Assembly (NCBI GenBank): GCA_040954595.2
Contig: CM082593.2
Span: 7,352,043-7,416,042 of the forward strand
Direction of reading: 5' to 3'
Length of the DNA stretch: 64,000 nucleotides
DNA from: Balanoglossus misakiensis
Lineage: Eukaryota > Animalia > Hemichordata
Shown: positions 1 through 14,700 of the stretch, in pieces
Position numbering within the stretch: position 1 is the stretch's first letter
How the letters are laid out: the number at the start of each line of letters is the position of its first letter
Notes under the pieces: generated by a model
Database searches by the model: none
What the model was told of the DNA's origin: nothing
What the model saw: only the letters and a program-made list of their open reading frames with translations
Program-made: the position numbers and the translations under genes

Positions 1-615
1 CCTTTGCACGACATTAATTTTCTCATGTCAGGACTATTCGATTTCAGTTCAATATCTGAATTTTTTTAAATACTTTTTACAAATTTTAAGTTGTGTATTT
101 CTTTCTGGTGTATCTTGAATTTATCAGGCTTCTGTCTATATCACCATCACTGATCTTTCACACATCGAGCTAATTTTTCACAATAACAGACTGAGTACAC
201 TTTTGAACATAGCCCATGCATTCTGGAAAAGGGGAGGGGTGAATCCCACTACGTGTACAATGATGATCACAGATCATCAATTTTAATTGCACACATCATA
301 TGAAGAGCGCCCTCAAACATATATAACCACAAAAACTGACCAACCATATTTTTTAAAACAGCGCCCTCTGTAGCCAGGGTGGGATACAAGCACATCCCAC
401 AAAACCTAATTTGGTGTATACATGCAAAATGCCTTAAACTGGTGAAGAAATTTAATTACATTACACCTACTCCTAATGAAACGTGACAGACACAACTGTT
501 GTCTGGCTTTCTGTTACTATAAATACCCTGTCTGTTTCCCTTTGCATTGAGATTAATCAAATCAGGATACAGGTTCTGTGTTTCTGCTTCTAAAGAGGAT
601 TTGGGAGCCTGCATA

Positions 616-690
616 GTGTGTGTGTGTGTGTGTGTGTGTGCAATAACTGCATGCGTGCGTGTGCGTGCGTGCGTGCATGCCTGTGTACGT
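616..690. repeat. (TG)n / (TGCG)n microsatellite
   Basis: Pure GT run 616-640 followed by degenerate TGCG repeats; explains the spurious THTH/CVCV ORFs. Confidence 0.9.
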
Positions 691-1589
691 TCATGTACGC
701 ATCTGAAATATGTTTTCAATTTCAACATGCATAATGATGGCCGCCGATCACATGACTGAGTGTGTACATAAATACCCCATGCTCACATATGATATACCAC
801 AGCACTGCAGATGTGAATTCTGCTCCAAGATGTCCACACAGCTAGGGAACTGTAATTGTCCATGAATGCCAGACTTCTACCATCCACAAACAATTGTGAT
901 CAAAACCGAATAAATTGCAATTTTTTAATGAAAATTTCTGACAATATGACAACGTTGTTTTCAATGGTGGGGATCATCCCAAGTACCGGGGAATGGGAGT
1001 GACAGGGTTGCTCATGCCTTTAACATTTAATACAATGGAGTAAGCTGTGCATGTTACAAAGTTCCACTGCTAGTACACGCATTTGAAACACCAGGCACTA
1101 TACATAATTCTTAGTGGTTTTCACGGAAAGGGAAAACATCACAACATATGAATTACAATCTCCAAAAACCATTTCCTCTTTTTAGTTCCAAACTCGCTTC
1201 CTTCCTTCAGCTTTTATCTCCAGCAACCAAAACATCACGGCTGACTGCAACGTGTAACTTGCCGGGGTTAGAAATCCAATTTCATGTACTTGAGCAAATA
1301 CACCCTTTCATCATGCCCGTGTCGCCATGGAATCGAACCATCCATTCGATCACCAGAGTCCAATCATATTACCTCCAACACAGACATACGTGGAGATTTA
1401 CGAGCCATTTATCCTGCCAGTAAATACAATATTAGTGTACCATCACTGATGATTACACACGCATCTATTAATTTAAGTGACCTTACCAATCGGGTCATGC
1501 TCTAGTTTATAGCTGATGATCAGACAGGATTCACGAAGATTCAGGGACTCTACTGGCGACCCAGTTTAGTGAGAAATTAAATCAGGATC

Positions 1590-1778
1590 TTAAAGGTATA
1601 CAGTCACCTATGAAAATTTAGCTGCAGTTGCCATGGCAAACTGAGATCTATCCAATCACAGATTTCAGTGGGTGGCACAAGTGAAAAAAGAGTGCCACCA
1701 TATGTTCTTTAGAAAACTCAGATACACTATTTGAGCCATATATTGACATATATAAAGTGGGTGACCATGTACCTTTAA
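1590..1778 (+). mobile_element. Kolobok/T2-type MITE, family 1 copy 1
   Basis: TTAA-AGGTATACAGTCAC...GTGACCATGTACCT-TTAA: imperfect terminal inverted repeats with TTAA on both sides. Internal sequence (CCATGGCAAACTGAGATCTA, TTTCAGTGGGTGGCAC) recurs at 6052 and, inverted, at 16118. Confidence 0.8.
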
Positions 1779-4700
1779 TTGTAATACTTGTTTGCTCCAA
1801 AATAGAGACGATAACAGACACTGGTAGAATATCAATACACGGATAATATTACTACCATAGACAAACATGTCCCTACCAAAATATACCATTTGGGATTGGA
1901 AAATGCACGTGTGTGTAACTTGTGTCAGTTTGACTATTTTATTAAAGATTTGTTAGATTTTAAATTGCATTTAAGTCAGTGACAGACTCGACTCGAGTCT
2001 GCATACAGCACAGCGGTTCTAGTATATTAGACATACAGTCATGTACAAACCTCGGTTGATTAATTTACAACAACGATACCCTATGAAACAAGTTTCCTTT
2101 CAATTTTTTATGCACACTACAGATAAGGGTGTACTTCTTGTAAACAACCTCATAATTCTCTGAGATTGCAAGATCTATTTTCAGGTACGGGCAAATGAGT
2201 GTATGACTGTGAATATTGAAAACGGTAAATACAGACCAAATCATCCCCACCCATTTTCTTCTTACAAAGGTCCAGCCTACCACTAACTACAATGGGGTTA
2301 GACCATCAGTATGATGTCATGAGGAAGAGGTTTACACAGGGCTGATTACATACAGCCTCTACTTAATACAGTGTTTAGTCTTGTATATAATCAAGAAATG
2401 GACTGTGAGATATACATACGCTTTAATCAAGTCAACACAAATCAGTATGCTGTGTACATTTCCCTGCGGCAATAATAACATTCAATCCCTGCCAAGTCTA
2501 GTTAAGCAAGTCTGCTGTCTGCTATCACAGTCTAATAGCATGCTCGTAGATTGTCCCCATGAAACTGATACAAGTCTTGTGGTAATCCCATTTGAGCTAT
2601 GCATTATTATTCAGCTCACTGGGTTAACAACACTACTTATAATTCATTTTTGATGGCTGGCCATTACTGTCTGTCTGTCCCAGTCAACAAGCTTGTCCTC
2701 AGATGAGCTCTCATTCTATCTGTGGTCTGGCTGATCTGACGTAATGAGGCTGACACCCCTGGCTTTCAGTGGTTTGGTCCATTCACCAATCACCACAAGA
2801 AACCAATGGGGATGTTGTTTTCATCAGAGGAGATGGTCATGATAGTTGCATCTCTCAATCCGAACCTTGTTTTGTGGTTTATTTGCATTTGCCAACATTT
2901 CTTGACAAGTTTGGGAACATAAATATTTGGTTTTAGTAACATTTTTTGTTGTCAACTACTGCATCGATCAACCTGACATTCTGAATCCACATGAACAACA
3001 ACTGCCTATAGTATGCATCTTTAAAAGAAGACTTTTCAAATGATCTATTACCTTTCCAAGTAAACAGAACAGCAATGTGAAAAAAAGGTCTTGACATAAT
3101 GATCCCATAATGATGTAGAGATATTTTGCAGAGAAATAAAACGAAGACCGGCTTCTTCAAGGGTCTTGCTCAACTGAACAACATACCAGACATTTCTGTT
3201 TCAATCAGCCTCTGGCCACAAATACTTCGGACAGGTTTTACCCATTCATGGCCGGTGATGTGAGAGATAGGCCTAGAAGGTCTTTTTAGGTGGATACTTA
3301 GCCTTTTCTACACCTCGGTTTGGACGAACTCTGGAGTTATCAGTGCCAATGTTGGACCACTCAGGAGGGAAATGGGGAGGGGGTTGACACAAAATACTGC
3401 CTTGTATAGAGATCCATACATGTATGCGAGGTACTGGACTGGCCTATGGTTTGATCAAACATGGTGTATAGAGAGCCCAATCCATACATGGCCATATTTT
3501 GTGAAAAACCCTACATTATTGTTGACATCATTTTCGACCACTCTGACATTCACTTATCAACAATAACAATGCATAATGTCACCTGCATACTGATTTTTCA
3601 ACAGTAAAAAACTGACACAAATTTCTCAAAAGAAATTATTTCAGCCTGTGCTTATGTCTATAACACCAGGCAATGGACGTCCAGAAATGGGAACATGATT
3701 CAAGAGAAAATATGCACACACACACAGGCACCTTGCGTGAAGGGGGTAAAAAGTTCGAGACAGCCTCGCGAGGGTTAATAACAAAGGTGGGCAGTTCGAG
3801 GAGGAATGTGAAAACCTATCGCCCTCCAACAATGAGACGCAATCAGCTTGTGTACAAAATCACGTGGAATGCGATAAAAATGGAGATTTTCTGTAATATA
3901 ATATTCGGAGCAAACTAATCAAGTGTATAAATACTGCCGTCGGTAATGGTTACATCAGAATTTCCTCGGCGCAAATGCATTTAATGACTAACACTTCCAA
4001 CATTAGGATATGGAATTAATACCCTGATCGCTTGAGTGTGGCCAGCCTTTGGTTTTAATTACTAGCAGTTCGTGCAAAAACACAAAAAGTCCACATAAAA
4101 TTCATTTTGAATGTGGAAACTTAATATAATATAAAACCACGCAGAGATCAAATTCTTACATAATCAATCATTATAGGTGTTTTGCTAATTCACCTGTTGA
4201 GGTTGGTTGGGATGGAAACCTTACTTCCAGCTCAGCCATTAGTCGTATATGCATGTAGTGACATAGTCATTAATGTTTATCTCGTCCTGATGGAACACCT
4301 AACATTTGAATAAATGGCAGTTTACTGACCTCTAGCATAGTGGTGCATATCACTGGTCACGAGACACTCTGCCAGTACACTATATAGGTTAGATTCTAAT
4401 CTGAAAACCTAAATCAGCAAAAAACTAAAAATTCACGTAAAATCTACGAAGCAAAAAAAATGTTGATTGCCAGCAAGTTATTGAGTCCTAATTAAGTTCT
4501 ACACTTAAATTGGTCACGACATTTATGGGGTTAGTTGTACTTTTAATGCCTTTAATATCTCAGCTGTAATTTTTTCTTTCACGCCATTTTGCGTTTAATG
4601 CATGCATGATTAATTCCTTCAATGAAAACGTCAAAATAATGTTACGCTTTAGCCCTAACTACTCCACGTCATCATTTTTCATTCATTAGTGTCAACCGGA

Positions 4701-5035
4701 GTCAAGGACAACTGATGTGACTCACAATAATTAACACGGATGTTGCTAGGAAACTGACAAAAAAATGACGGATGATTCACGCGAGTTTTATTTCTGAGCG
4801 CAACATGCGTTGATGATGGACGTACTTTAGTCAGATTAACCACAATACGCGAATAAAAGATTTGATGATTTTTTTTTGTGTCAATTGAAATAAATGGGTA
4901 ATGGGGTTGAGATAGGACTTGTTGATACAGAGATACATGGCCCACCAGACGTGTTTCATATCTGGTAGTTCATGTTTGGTTGTGATTGTACAGTACACAG
5001 TGACACAGAGCACAGCAAAACAATATATTAACTCG

Positions 5036-5130
5036 AACCCTTTCAGCACCATGGTTTGGTCCAAACTCATTGTATTCTATGGTAAACATGGACCTCTACA
5101 GAGGAAACTGGGGGTGAAAGCAGGGTGAAG
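5036..5130 (+). mobile_element. ~95-bp piggyBac-like MITE, family 3
   Basis: AACCCTTTCAGCACCATGGTTTGGTCCAAA...GGGGTGAAAG. Related copies at about 11460-11519 (-, ends GAAAGGGTTAA), 13221-13305 (+) and 18148-18241 (-). TTAA-CCC termini are piggyBac-like. Confidence 0.65.
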
Positions 5131-5165
5131 TCACTGGTGGAATACAAAGACTAGAATCTTGTCAT

Positions 5166-5426
5166 TTAAAGGGACAAAGTCTCTCTCTCTCACTGCCCTT
5201 TTTCCATCCCACTTGTAGACATGAGAGTGAAAAACTCGCCAAAATGAATAATCAGTCTCCACCATTTATTCATTTTGGCAAGATTTTTACACTCATATCC
5301 TACGAAGTTGTGTGTGGTCGTATGTTGGTTCACTATATATCCACATGAAGAATAACATAAAAGGTGTCTTGAATCAAATATAATTAATGGAAAAAGGGCA
5401 ACGAGAGAGAGACTTTGTCCCTTTAA
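5166..5426 (+). mobile_element. Kolobok-type MITE, family 2 (complete copy)
   Basis: Long TIR AGGGACAAAGTCTCTCTCTC..TGCCCTTTTTCCAT / ATGGAAAAAGGGCAACGAGAGAGAGACTTTGTCCCT with TTAA at both ends; the right half recurs at 14571-14743. Confidence 0.85.
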
Positions 5427-5597
5427 TTGAAATGCGTGCCACCAACCCAGACATGGGTAGTTGAGTGCGAACTAGAATGACTGGGGGACAGTGTCTGGCG
5501 TAAATGGATCATGCTTTGTTAGGGACTGACAACCGTGACTGCTTAATTTGGATGTCCAGGTTGCGACGACTATTTAAAGACTAAATCAAGTGATTAC

Positions 5598-5708
5598 CTG
5601 TCTACATCATCCTTAAACACATAAATTGACTGTTTTGCTGAGAAGTTATCGGCGTGCAATGAACTGGAAGACAGCAGCTCAAGGACTTTTCGCAGTTCTT
5701 GTATCTCT
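5598..5708 (-). CDS. Possible internal exon (111 nt), perhaps of the PDZ gene
   Basis: aacag|...GACAG|gtaatc, open frame EIQELRKVLELLSSSSLHADNFSAKQSIYVFKDDVD. Its phase does not cleanly join the PDZ first exon and no domain is recognisable. Confidence 0.3.
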
Positions 5709-6051
5709 CTGTTACGAAACAAAATTACCGTAATTTCTTCTGAGCATCATCAAAAGACATTCTTTACAAACAGTAACCGTCAGTGAGAACACAATTTTTA
5801 CACCCCTACACTTAGTCCAGTCTCCCTATTTTCAACTGAAGCTTAACCAATGTAGGGCACAGGTACTGCGGATTAGGGGTGGTAAGGACGGTACATCAAC
5901 ACACTTTCCTAACAAACATGCTTACATATGTAAACCACAATGCACAGACCACGGATCACTGGTTCTGTGGTCTACACAGCAGGTACTACATGTACTCAGT
6001 GACGCTGTTGTAAAATATATAACTGTGAATGCTGGTCTAATGACTTTGAGT

Positions 6052-6247
6052 TTAAAGGTATATGGTCAACTAAGGAAAATTAGCTATGTAGTTACCATGG
6101 CAAACTGAGATCTAGCCAATCACAAATTTTCAGTGGGTGGCACACCCGAAAAAAAAGAGCGCCACCATATGTTCTTTAGAACGCTCAAATACGCCATTTC
6201 AGCCATATATGGGCGTATGTAAATTGGAGGTGACTGTATACCTTTAA
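6052..6247 (+). mobile_element. Kolobok/T2-type MITE, family 1 copy 2
   Basis: TTAAAGGTATATGGTCA...GGTGACTGTATACCTTTAA; internal similarity to 1590-1778. Confidence 0.8.
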
Positions 6248-9200
6248 TACACACCCATGCTTGATGTTGGCATGTTGATATACATCACAGCCTATACGTA
6301 ACTATCCACATGCCTGAACGGAATATAGTCGGTTAAACTTACAGTTTTCATTGATACTCACTTTCACCGTCTTGTGTTCGGAAATCAATAACTGTGAGAA
6401 ATCCACATTTTTACCAGCGTTTATTTCAAGCAGCATGCAGGGTCGAACACAAAGGTCGAATATAAAATTCAAATAAAGATTTAATAAGCGCAACTTGAAA
6501 CCATGACTTGTGTACATGTATCTATGTCAAATACAGGGAACGGTGTTTCATTGCAAGATCAATGAAGACAAAAATTCACATGTAGAGTCTGTACTGTACG
6601 TGACCTTGTTTGAACCTATAGATATGGAGTACATGACAGTAACTAAGAGACTTCAAACATTTCAGGGTTTTCACTCTGTATGATACTTCTTCACATCTCA
6701 AGGCTCTCTTGGACTATCAGTTGTCACACCGATACTTGTGATTTCTCAAATTTCCCAACTTGCCACTCCCAAGTCACCAGAATTGTTACAGTTGACGCAT
6801 AAAATTTTAGACTGGCCTTACAACACTTCTCCCAGAGCAATAGAAAAATAATGTCTACTGTCCTTTACAGTTATGCAAATCACCTAAATTTGCTATGCAA
6901 ATTATTTAACATCGTATCAGACCCTGCCTTTTTATACCCTTTATCTCTTTAATTAGATTTTTATCAGACATGGCACAAAAATATGTTAGGTATACTTTAC
7001 ATTTCACAAATCATCATGAAGATAGTGCTAGTGAAACAAATGATATCACAAATGTGTTCCATAATTTGAAAGGGATTTAATCAAATACAGCACACAACCA
7101 GCAAAAACAATAATCCCATTTTATTTTCCTGTCTACCTTTAACAAGATTCATATTGAAGTAACCTAATTTACATTATTCATTTATAAAAGTAGGCTATAT
7201 ACATTAAAGTATATTAAATTTACCTCTGTCTTTATTGAATGTGTGACAATGAGAATCAATTAGCATATAATCAAATTTTCGCAAACAAAAGAAAATTGCA
7301 TCTGAATTTCAATGGCAATTATAATAACAATAACTGCAGTCTACTATTGCTCTTCCTAGAAATTTCTGATAGAGATGGGGCTCATTAACATAACAGTGTT
7401 TCTATTGTTTTCCTCAAATTAAATGGTATTGGCCGCTAACTTTTTATATTGTTAATAATAATAATACCTTGTAGTAGTCTGATGTATGTGGGGAGCTTTA
7501 GCATCTGAGTATCAGGACGTTAAAAACATTGTAGTTACAGAATATGTTAGCAATGGCAGCCAGGAAATGTCTATAACAGCCAACACCCCTTATACCATTA
7601 CCAGTGATATAGCTCACACCCTTACATGACAGGGGTGTGGGAAATTCACCATGCGACAGACATGTTATTTTCAGCCGTCCATAAGAGATTCCCACTGCCC
7701 TGCAAATTACCAACCCTAGGAGCAGTTTATCGCATCCCTTGTCTGACCACTGACACTTATGACATGGACCATACGTGTTCAACAGAGAAGCCATTTTTGA
7801 CAAACTTTGCACAAGCTAGCACAGGGTTTGAAAAGCTTCATATAGAGACATACTGTAAAACGGGTTATTTTCGCGACAGGAAATTTTTGCGATATCAAAA
7901 GAGGCAACTGCTATTTTTAAGTTTTAATTATCATACACCTCGCTGGTATCTCATGTTAAGCCTCTATTTAAAAACATATGTTTCTCTTTCAAATTCAGTT
8001 ATTTTATGTTTTATTTTTTTTGGACTGAATATACCAATTTGTAAATTTACAAACAAATCAGAGAAACCCGCGGGAACACAATACGGTCAGATTCAAGTAT
8101 GTTATATTTAATCAAGGTGACAACTCAATTTAAATGTACAGGCAGTATAATTTACATTGTTAGTGTTGACTGAATTCAAGTTCTAACTCAAATTCAAGTG
8201 TCACTTACAGGCTGCATTGATATGCCCATTATTGAATATTTCAAGAAATTTTGGGATTACAATAACCTAGCATACTGTGTACATGCAATACACACATACA
8301 ACAAATCACACACAAATGACATTGTCATACATACACACACAATTATATATCAATTCTGAAACATACCAAATATGTCACAGCTGCTTTTTAATTCTTTTGA
8401 CCTTGATTTGACTTTGTAATATTAAACTGTCCTTGACCTTGGGGAAAATAGGGTAGAGTTACCTGTAAATACCTATATATATGCTTGGAAAACCCCATAA
8501 AGAGTTCTCTCTTATTCAAAATCTTGCAGTGAGTGACCCCTAATTTTATTCCTAATTTTACGAGAGAATAATCCAAAGTTACCTCAGGCAAAAAATATGA
8601 GAACAAGTTTAAGAATTTGATTTCTCGCTTTCCATTATACCTATATTAATTCCCATCCCAATGACTCATATTATCTTCTGAGTGATCCTCTATCATGCTG
8701 TACTTTAAAAAAGCAGTGCTTGCTAAATGTGTACAGTATACTCAGTCAGCTATTATGATTCATTACCTATCAGGGAATAGTTGCTTTCTTGTACGTACGT
8801 TTGTTACTGTAAATATGTACAGTACTTGGTAGGAAAGACCGCAATATTTTGGAAAAATACTAACTCATAAACTGTATTTTAAGACAGATATATTTACATT
8901 ATAACTATCACAGTAAGTAGAGAAATACACTGAAATATGCATGTATCAGTATCAAACTGGTCGAGTCCTAGAGTGATGAAAGGAAAATAAGGGATTACGA
9001 TTTCATGTACTTTACTAAACACTGAATAACAGATTGCGGTTATTCTTCAGGGATTGTGATAAACAAATCTGCCACAGTCTGGGGTGAATGAGTCAATGCC
9101 TGCTAGTAATGCATATTTTTCTAATTCAATGGAAAACACTTGTATATTTTTTCTTATTAAAGGGACTGTTGGTCAAATATAGTATGTAGATTGGCAACCA

Positions 9201-10441
9201 ATTAAACTCATATTCTCCAACACCGCAAACTATTTCTGTGGTAAATTCCCTGTTTTTCTTTAATTTAATTAATGTAACTGATTTTGGTAATATGCAAGTA
9301 AGTGTAATATGTAATAGCTATGGTCAAATGCTACATTGTACATTTGAGTTTTCGACAGAGGGAGGGGGCTTGATCGAATTAAACAATATTCGTCGCTTTA
9401 TTGAACTTCTGTGATGATCTGAGATGGTTCCCTTTAGTATGTGGGCTTACTACCTCTGACAGTTTGATCAAGAATGTGAAAAGATTCATTGCAACAGTTT
9501 TTTTTCCTGCCAACCTATCATGTGTAAATTAAAGTGCATTTCAAAACCCGTCTTGAATGTGTTTGTACTGCTTCAGGCTCTATATTATACATGTAGTTCT
9601 AATCAGGGGCCACCCAATGATCTAATGAGCTCCAGCAAGATATCAAATCAGCTAGGGTACTGCATAGCTCTGCGTACAGGCTGTGGTGGAGGCTGTGTAA
9701 CGCCGGGAACACACAAACCTGTACGCAGAGCTAGGGTACTGGCTTGGGCTAGAAATGGAAATACATGTATTAAAGTACAACTTCTGCGGTTATAAATATC
9801 AATTCATGACATGAAGTGGATGAGCTCTACACAGACGACAAAATTATAGGATTAATAGATATCACATGAATATTCACCGGAATTTTAAAAATCACACACG
9901 CAGGACTTCTCTTACTGAACACGCCCCCATCCTGATCACAGTCAATGTATCTAGAGTACTGTTTGTTTTGTAACTCTTAGTGCCACTTGCTAAATTGCAG
10001 CTTACATAATATAAAACGAGCCAGTTTCTTGAATTGTTCGGGTTACGTAAATTAATCGCCTGTTCGTTAAAGAAAGGCACGAAGGTCACCCCGCCCTCTC
10101 CAAAATATTTCAACCGTAACCACACACACACACACAATTTGGTGTGCACCACAACAAACACGATCGTCTCGTGTTCGTGCCTGGATGTAAATAAAAGCAC
10201 AGCGGCGAATATTGTCATGATTGTCGGCAAATACAAGGTGCTGCCGACAAAGAAGACATTATTCTTGCGTCGTATGCACAGGGGCTACCTCAATCACAGC
10301 ATTGTTAAACGCGATCATCGCGTGATGGACAGCAATCGAAACTACTTTCTAAACCAACCTAATACACAATACATGCCTCGGTACACGTCGTGTCAGACGA
10401 TGAAAGATTTACGCATTTAGCAATAGCGCGATCGGCCATAC

Positions 10442-10600
10442 CTGGGGACAATGTGCCGCGGCTGAACCTTCCAATATGTCGCATATAACCGGTGGAAATT
10501 CAGAACCGAGTCCCCCAACGATGGAGAATCCGAAGCCCGCAGAATATTGGTTCCGATGTAACGAGAGATGCTTTACAACTGACCGTGCAGTGTCCGCCAT
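10442..10600 (-). CDS. First coding exon of a protein with an N-terminal PDZ domain (remainder lies to the left, probably partly outside the window)
   Basis: MADTARSVVKHLSLHRNQYSAGFGFSIVGGLGSEFPPVICDILEGSAAAHCPQ has the PDZ carboxylate loop GFGFSIVGG and the GSAA helix. ATG context aacATGG; phase-0 donor CAG|gtatgg. Confidence 0.8.
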
Positions 10601-11707
10601 GTTGGATGTTTTCCTCTGACCCCTTAGGCAAGCTAAATTTAAACCTTTATGTTTTTCAAGTTTTTATTTACGATTTCTCCCTGATCGTAACATCTGCATT
10701 TTTCGAAAGGGTCTGATAGCAACGGTGCTTTGAAGGGCCCAGCAAAATAGACACAATGCATACAGAGATCAGAGTAAAATCCTGTCTTTGTAGCGGCAGA
10801 CATTCCCAAGCAATCGGGTCAAAGGTCAAGACTGGTTTTGAGTTGACACAACAATCGTAGGTGAGATTGTTTATGTATTTTGTTTCCACTTTTTGAATGG
10901 TTTAAAGGATCGATCGATTTACTTTTGTCAACCAGAGTGTGCGGGTGTGCTTTGATTTGTCGATAAAACCACCTAAGACCCAGAGATGTGGCGTCGATGG
11001 GGATAGACGCCACTTTATTTCCCCGCTCCATGAAGGAAGTCATGTCGCATGTTGTTGTTGTGTGAGTGCATGCAGGTTCAGTTGAGTTCAGAGACGCCAA
11101 CAGACATTATAGGGTCAATTCCGGCCAACGTAAATTATCTGACGCCTCTCCTGTGTGCACACCTGTTCAAAGTGTGCAGAGCTTTATTGACCAATCACAA
11201 GTGCTAGCTGTCATCTCCCTGTTTCACAGGTGTGCGGATAGTAACATGCATTGACCAATCAGAATATTGGCGGGGTCTAAATTAGCTAAACAGTGACAAT
11301 TGCGCTCGATCGCAAAGCTGTTTGTTTCTATTATTAGCTAACCCCAAAACTCTGCAGCTAATATGCATATAACTGTGTGTAATTAAGTCAAGTGGGTCAG
11401 GTCAGAATCCTGGGATTTCGAATCAATAAATGCAATTAGGGAAATTTTTCTTTCTAATGGTCCAACTTTACCATATAAAACAATAGATTTGGACCAAACT
11501 ATGGTGGTGAAAGGGTTAAAATTGACAAAAGTGTTCTTGTATGTAGAAAAAGTATTTCTTTTCTATTATCTTTTAGTTTCACCCACCATCAACTCACTCT
11601 TGATTTTTTTTTTTGGTCTTCAGATGCAGTACTATCGTGAGTAACATTTGCAAGAAATCTTGATGATGGTATGACAGATTTACGAGTGCAGCGAGATTGT
11701 TCACAGC

Positions 11708-14700
11708 ATGGCCGCCAGCTGGAAGGACCACAAAGAAAAGGGAGATTTTTACCTGAAGACCTACCAGTGCGTGCAGGCAGTCGACTGCTACAACCACGCC
11801 ATCGAGGGCGTGGAGAAGGGCGGTGTCAGGGTCGGCCTGGCGGACTTGTATTGTAGTCGGTCGCTCTGCTACTGCCGGATAGCAGAGAGTAAGACGGGGA
11901 CCCAAAGAACAAGCCTGTACAATCTTGCCTTGAAAGACGCTGACACTGCAATAAGCCTGGATGGGCGCTGCTTGGAGGGGTACAAGCGCAAAGTTTCTGT
12001 GTTATTGGGGATGAATCGCAAAGCTGATGGGATAGTGGTGCTAACAGATTTACTCAAACTCTACAAAGAAAAAGGTACTGATTTTAGTCGCTGCATCATC
12101 ACCTCACTGAAAATTTGTATCAGTGGTGTAGATACTGAGTGTTTTCTGTTTCAGTCCTCACAGACATAGTCCCGGGGGACATTCAGATTAGGCTTTGTCC
12201 ATCTGTGTGTCTACGCATCGATATACGTCCACTGCCATTTACTACATGGACAGTACATATTCACGTACATCACTTTGTTTCATGATATATACTCCTTCAG
12301 CCATTCATGCTGCCTCAAAATGTCAATTGTTGCAAAGATAGTCGATCAAATAACTGCAGATAGTTTTTTTTTAAGTCAAATATTCTAGGTAACAAAAGCC
12401 TGGGAAAACTACTGATATATATTTTTAGTGATTTTTTTTTACACAGGCTGTTCAGTGATATGATGACAGGTTTTCCAATAACAACATGATCAGTGTGCCC
12501 TCTAAGCCCATATGACGCACCACTGACTCAACAAACTCACTTTTGACCCAAGAAAATTATCCACACTACATGCAAAGGTATAGGGCTGACTCAGAGAAAT
12601 TTAAAGAAATTGACTCAAAGCTTTTAAAAATTATGCTTGTTAGAGGGCACTCTGAATATGATATACTTTGGATGACTTTCTTCCTGTCAGGATTAAACCA
12701 TCAGTCGGACCACTCGGTGTTGTCGCTAATCAGACAATATAAGTATTACAGCGATGACCGCGTAGTCAAGTCCAGTCCCTGGTACAAGGATTGTAGATTC
12801 AATAAACATATCAGTGTGGTTGATCCTGATGGGACTGGTGCATTTGAAGATCTGCGAACACCTCTGCAAACGCTGAACGTGAGTACAGTCTGGTGTTTAG
12901 TGGGCTCATTAAGGCGGCGAGATCAAAGAGATCTATTTGAATGTGAACGTCACTGAGTGGCAGGTACGGCCGGTTCGAAAAAATTTTCAAACGGAGATTT
13001 TCGGTACTACAAGTGATCGTAGTGCACCCATTTTTCTAAGACGTGTATGAAACACCACAGTAACCAGTTGGGTAGGAGATGCACCGAGTTTTTGCACAAC
13101 TGACATAATAAATATTTAGTGCAGTGAGGTGGGTTCAGTCCTATCAGCTTTCTTATTATCACAATGATAAACTTATATGATTGTCATTTGACTGGCAGAC
13201 TGGTGACATAAATGAAATTATTCAACCCTTTCACCACCATGGTTTGGTCCAACTCCATTGTTCTCAATGGCAATGCTGGACCTCTGTACAGGGAAATGGG
13301 TGAACATTTTAAATTAACAGTTATGCTTTTATTTGACTTCAGACAATATCAGTGAACTACATTTTATTTTTGTCATGAGAGTGTGCCTTTTAAGCCCATG
13401 ATGGGGACTCTAGGATTCATTATCGCTGATGTCAGTAGTAAAATTTAACCTTTAAACTGACTCAAAGAAATTTTCCATTTTTATCCGAGTCAAAATATAT
13501 CAGTAGTAAAGACTCATTAGATCTTAGATCACTTATATAATTTTAGCACCATGAGTTACCAGTACTTATATTTCTGCGTCTTAATTACCACCCCATAGGA
13601 AGTATCATTGTTGCTACGACCAGGTCGATACGTGGTCCCCCCAGGTGGTCTTAAGATCCGGTCCAATCAGGATGTTGACATCGTCGGTGACACCCGAGAT
13701 GGAAATGAGACGGTAACCATAGAAGCATCAGGTACTACTCCAGTTTGTCCTTCTTATTTCTGTATCATGTCGCCATGGATACTTGTAACTGATGGGAGGG
13801 GGGGGGGGGCTGTGTGAACGCCATATGAAACATCGTAGATTGGGTCTGATAAATATGAGAATTCAGGTTTGCAATCAGCTGAGTACAAGATTATTTGTTT
13901 CTTTGCATTTTACAGATAGCATTGATGGAACTTCTCATAGAGTAATTGTGACTAGCGGAGGGACTGTAAAGTTGACAAATGTAAATATTCTGCAGAACTG
14001 CAGTGATGAAACATTGCCAGGAATAGTTGTTGAAAAGGGTAAGTTCTATGGTTGCCATAACAACAGTGGTGTGATAATTCCCATCATGTATATTCTCCGA
14101 TTTGCAGGCAGAATTTGTAAATAATCACTGGCATAGGGAGTCCTGCAGCTTTTAGTTTGTCATCGCAAAGCTATGAAATGCCCTCAGTTGGGATGGAAAA
14201 TTTATTTTTATTCTTTATGCGAGTGTATGGTGTTGAGATATATATAGATTTACCTATTTGTGCACCAGTACATATGCATATCTTGGTCATGGAACAACAT
14301 TCCCATGATGCAGTTTCCTTATATAGAGGTGACGTGTCACACTCAATAAAGATTTACTTTTGGATTTCTCAAGTTTTGCTGATGCTTCCTGAATCGAGAA
14401 CGCGTGTTGGGGTGCATAATTAAATGTCTCACCCGCTGTAAATTTTGAGACTAATTTGTTATCAAATTTATAATATTATAGAAAAAAATAACTCCATCAA
14501 ACATAAGGATGTGAAACTTTTAACAAATTATTACTCAATAAAACTCTCCTGAATGAATCATCACTGTTTACCATTTATTCATTTTGGCAAGATTTTTACT
14601 TTCATATCCTACAAACGGGATGGAAGTTGTGTGTGGTTGAACATTGATTCACTATATCCACATGTAGAATAACATAAACGATGTCTTGTATCAAATATAA

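Noticed and set aside
456-608. Possible minus-strand exon APKSSLEAETQ...
   Set aside because: The acceptor is preceded by a CA microsatellite rather than a pyrimidine tract, and no domain is recognisable.
1315-1385. tRNA-like B-box (GGTTCGATTCC) on the minus strand
   Set aside because: No convincing cloverleaf or acceptor stem; at most a decayed SINE head.
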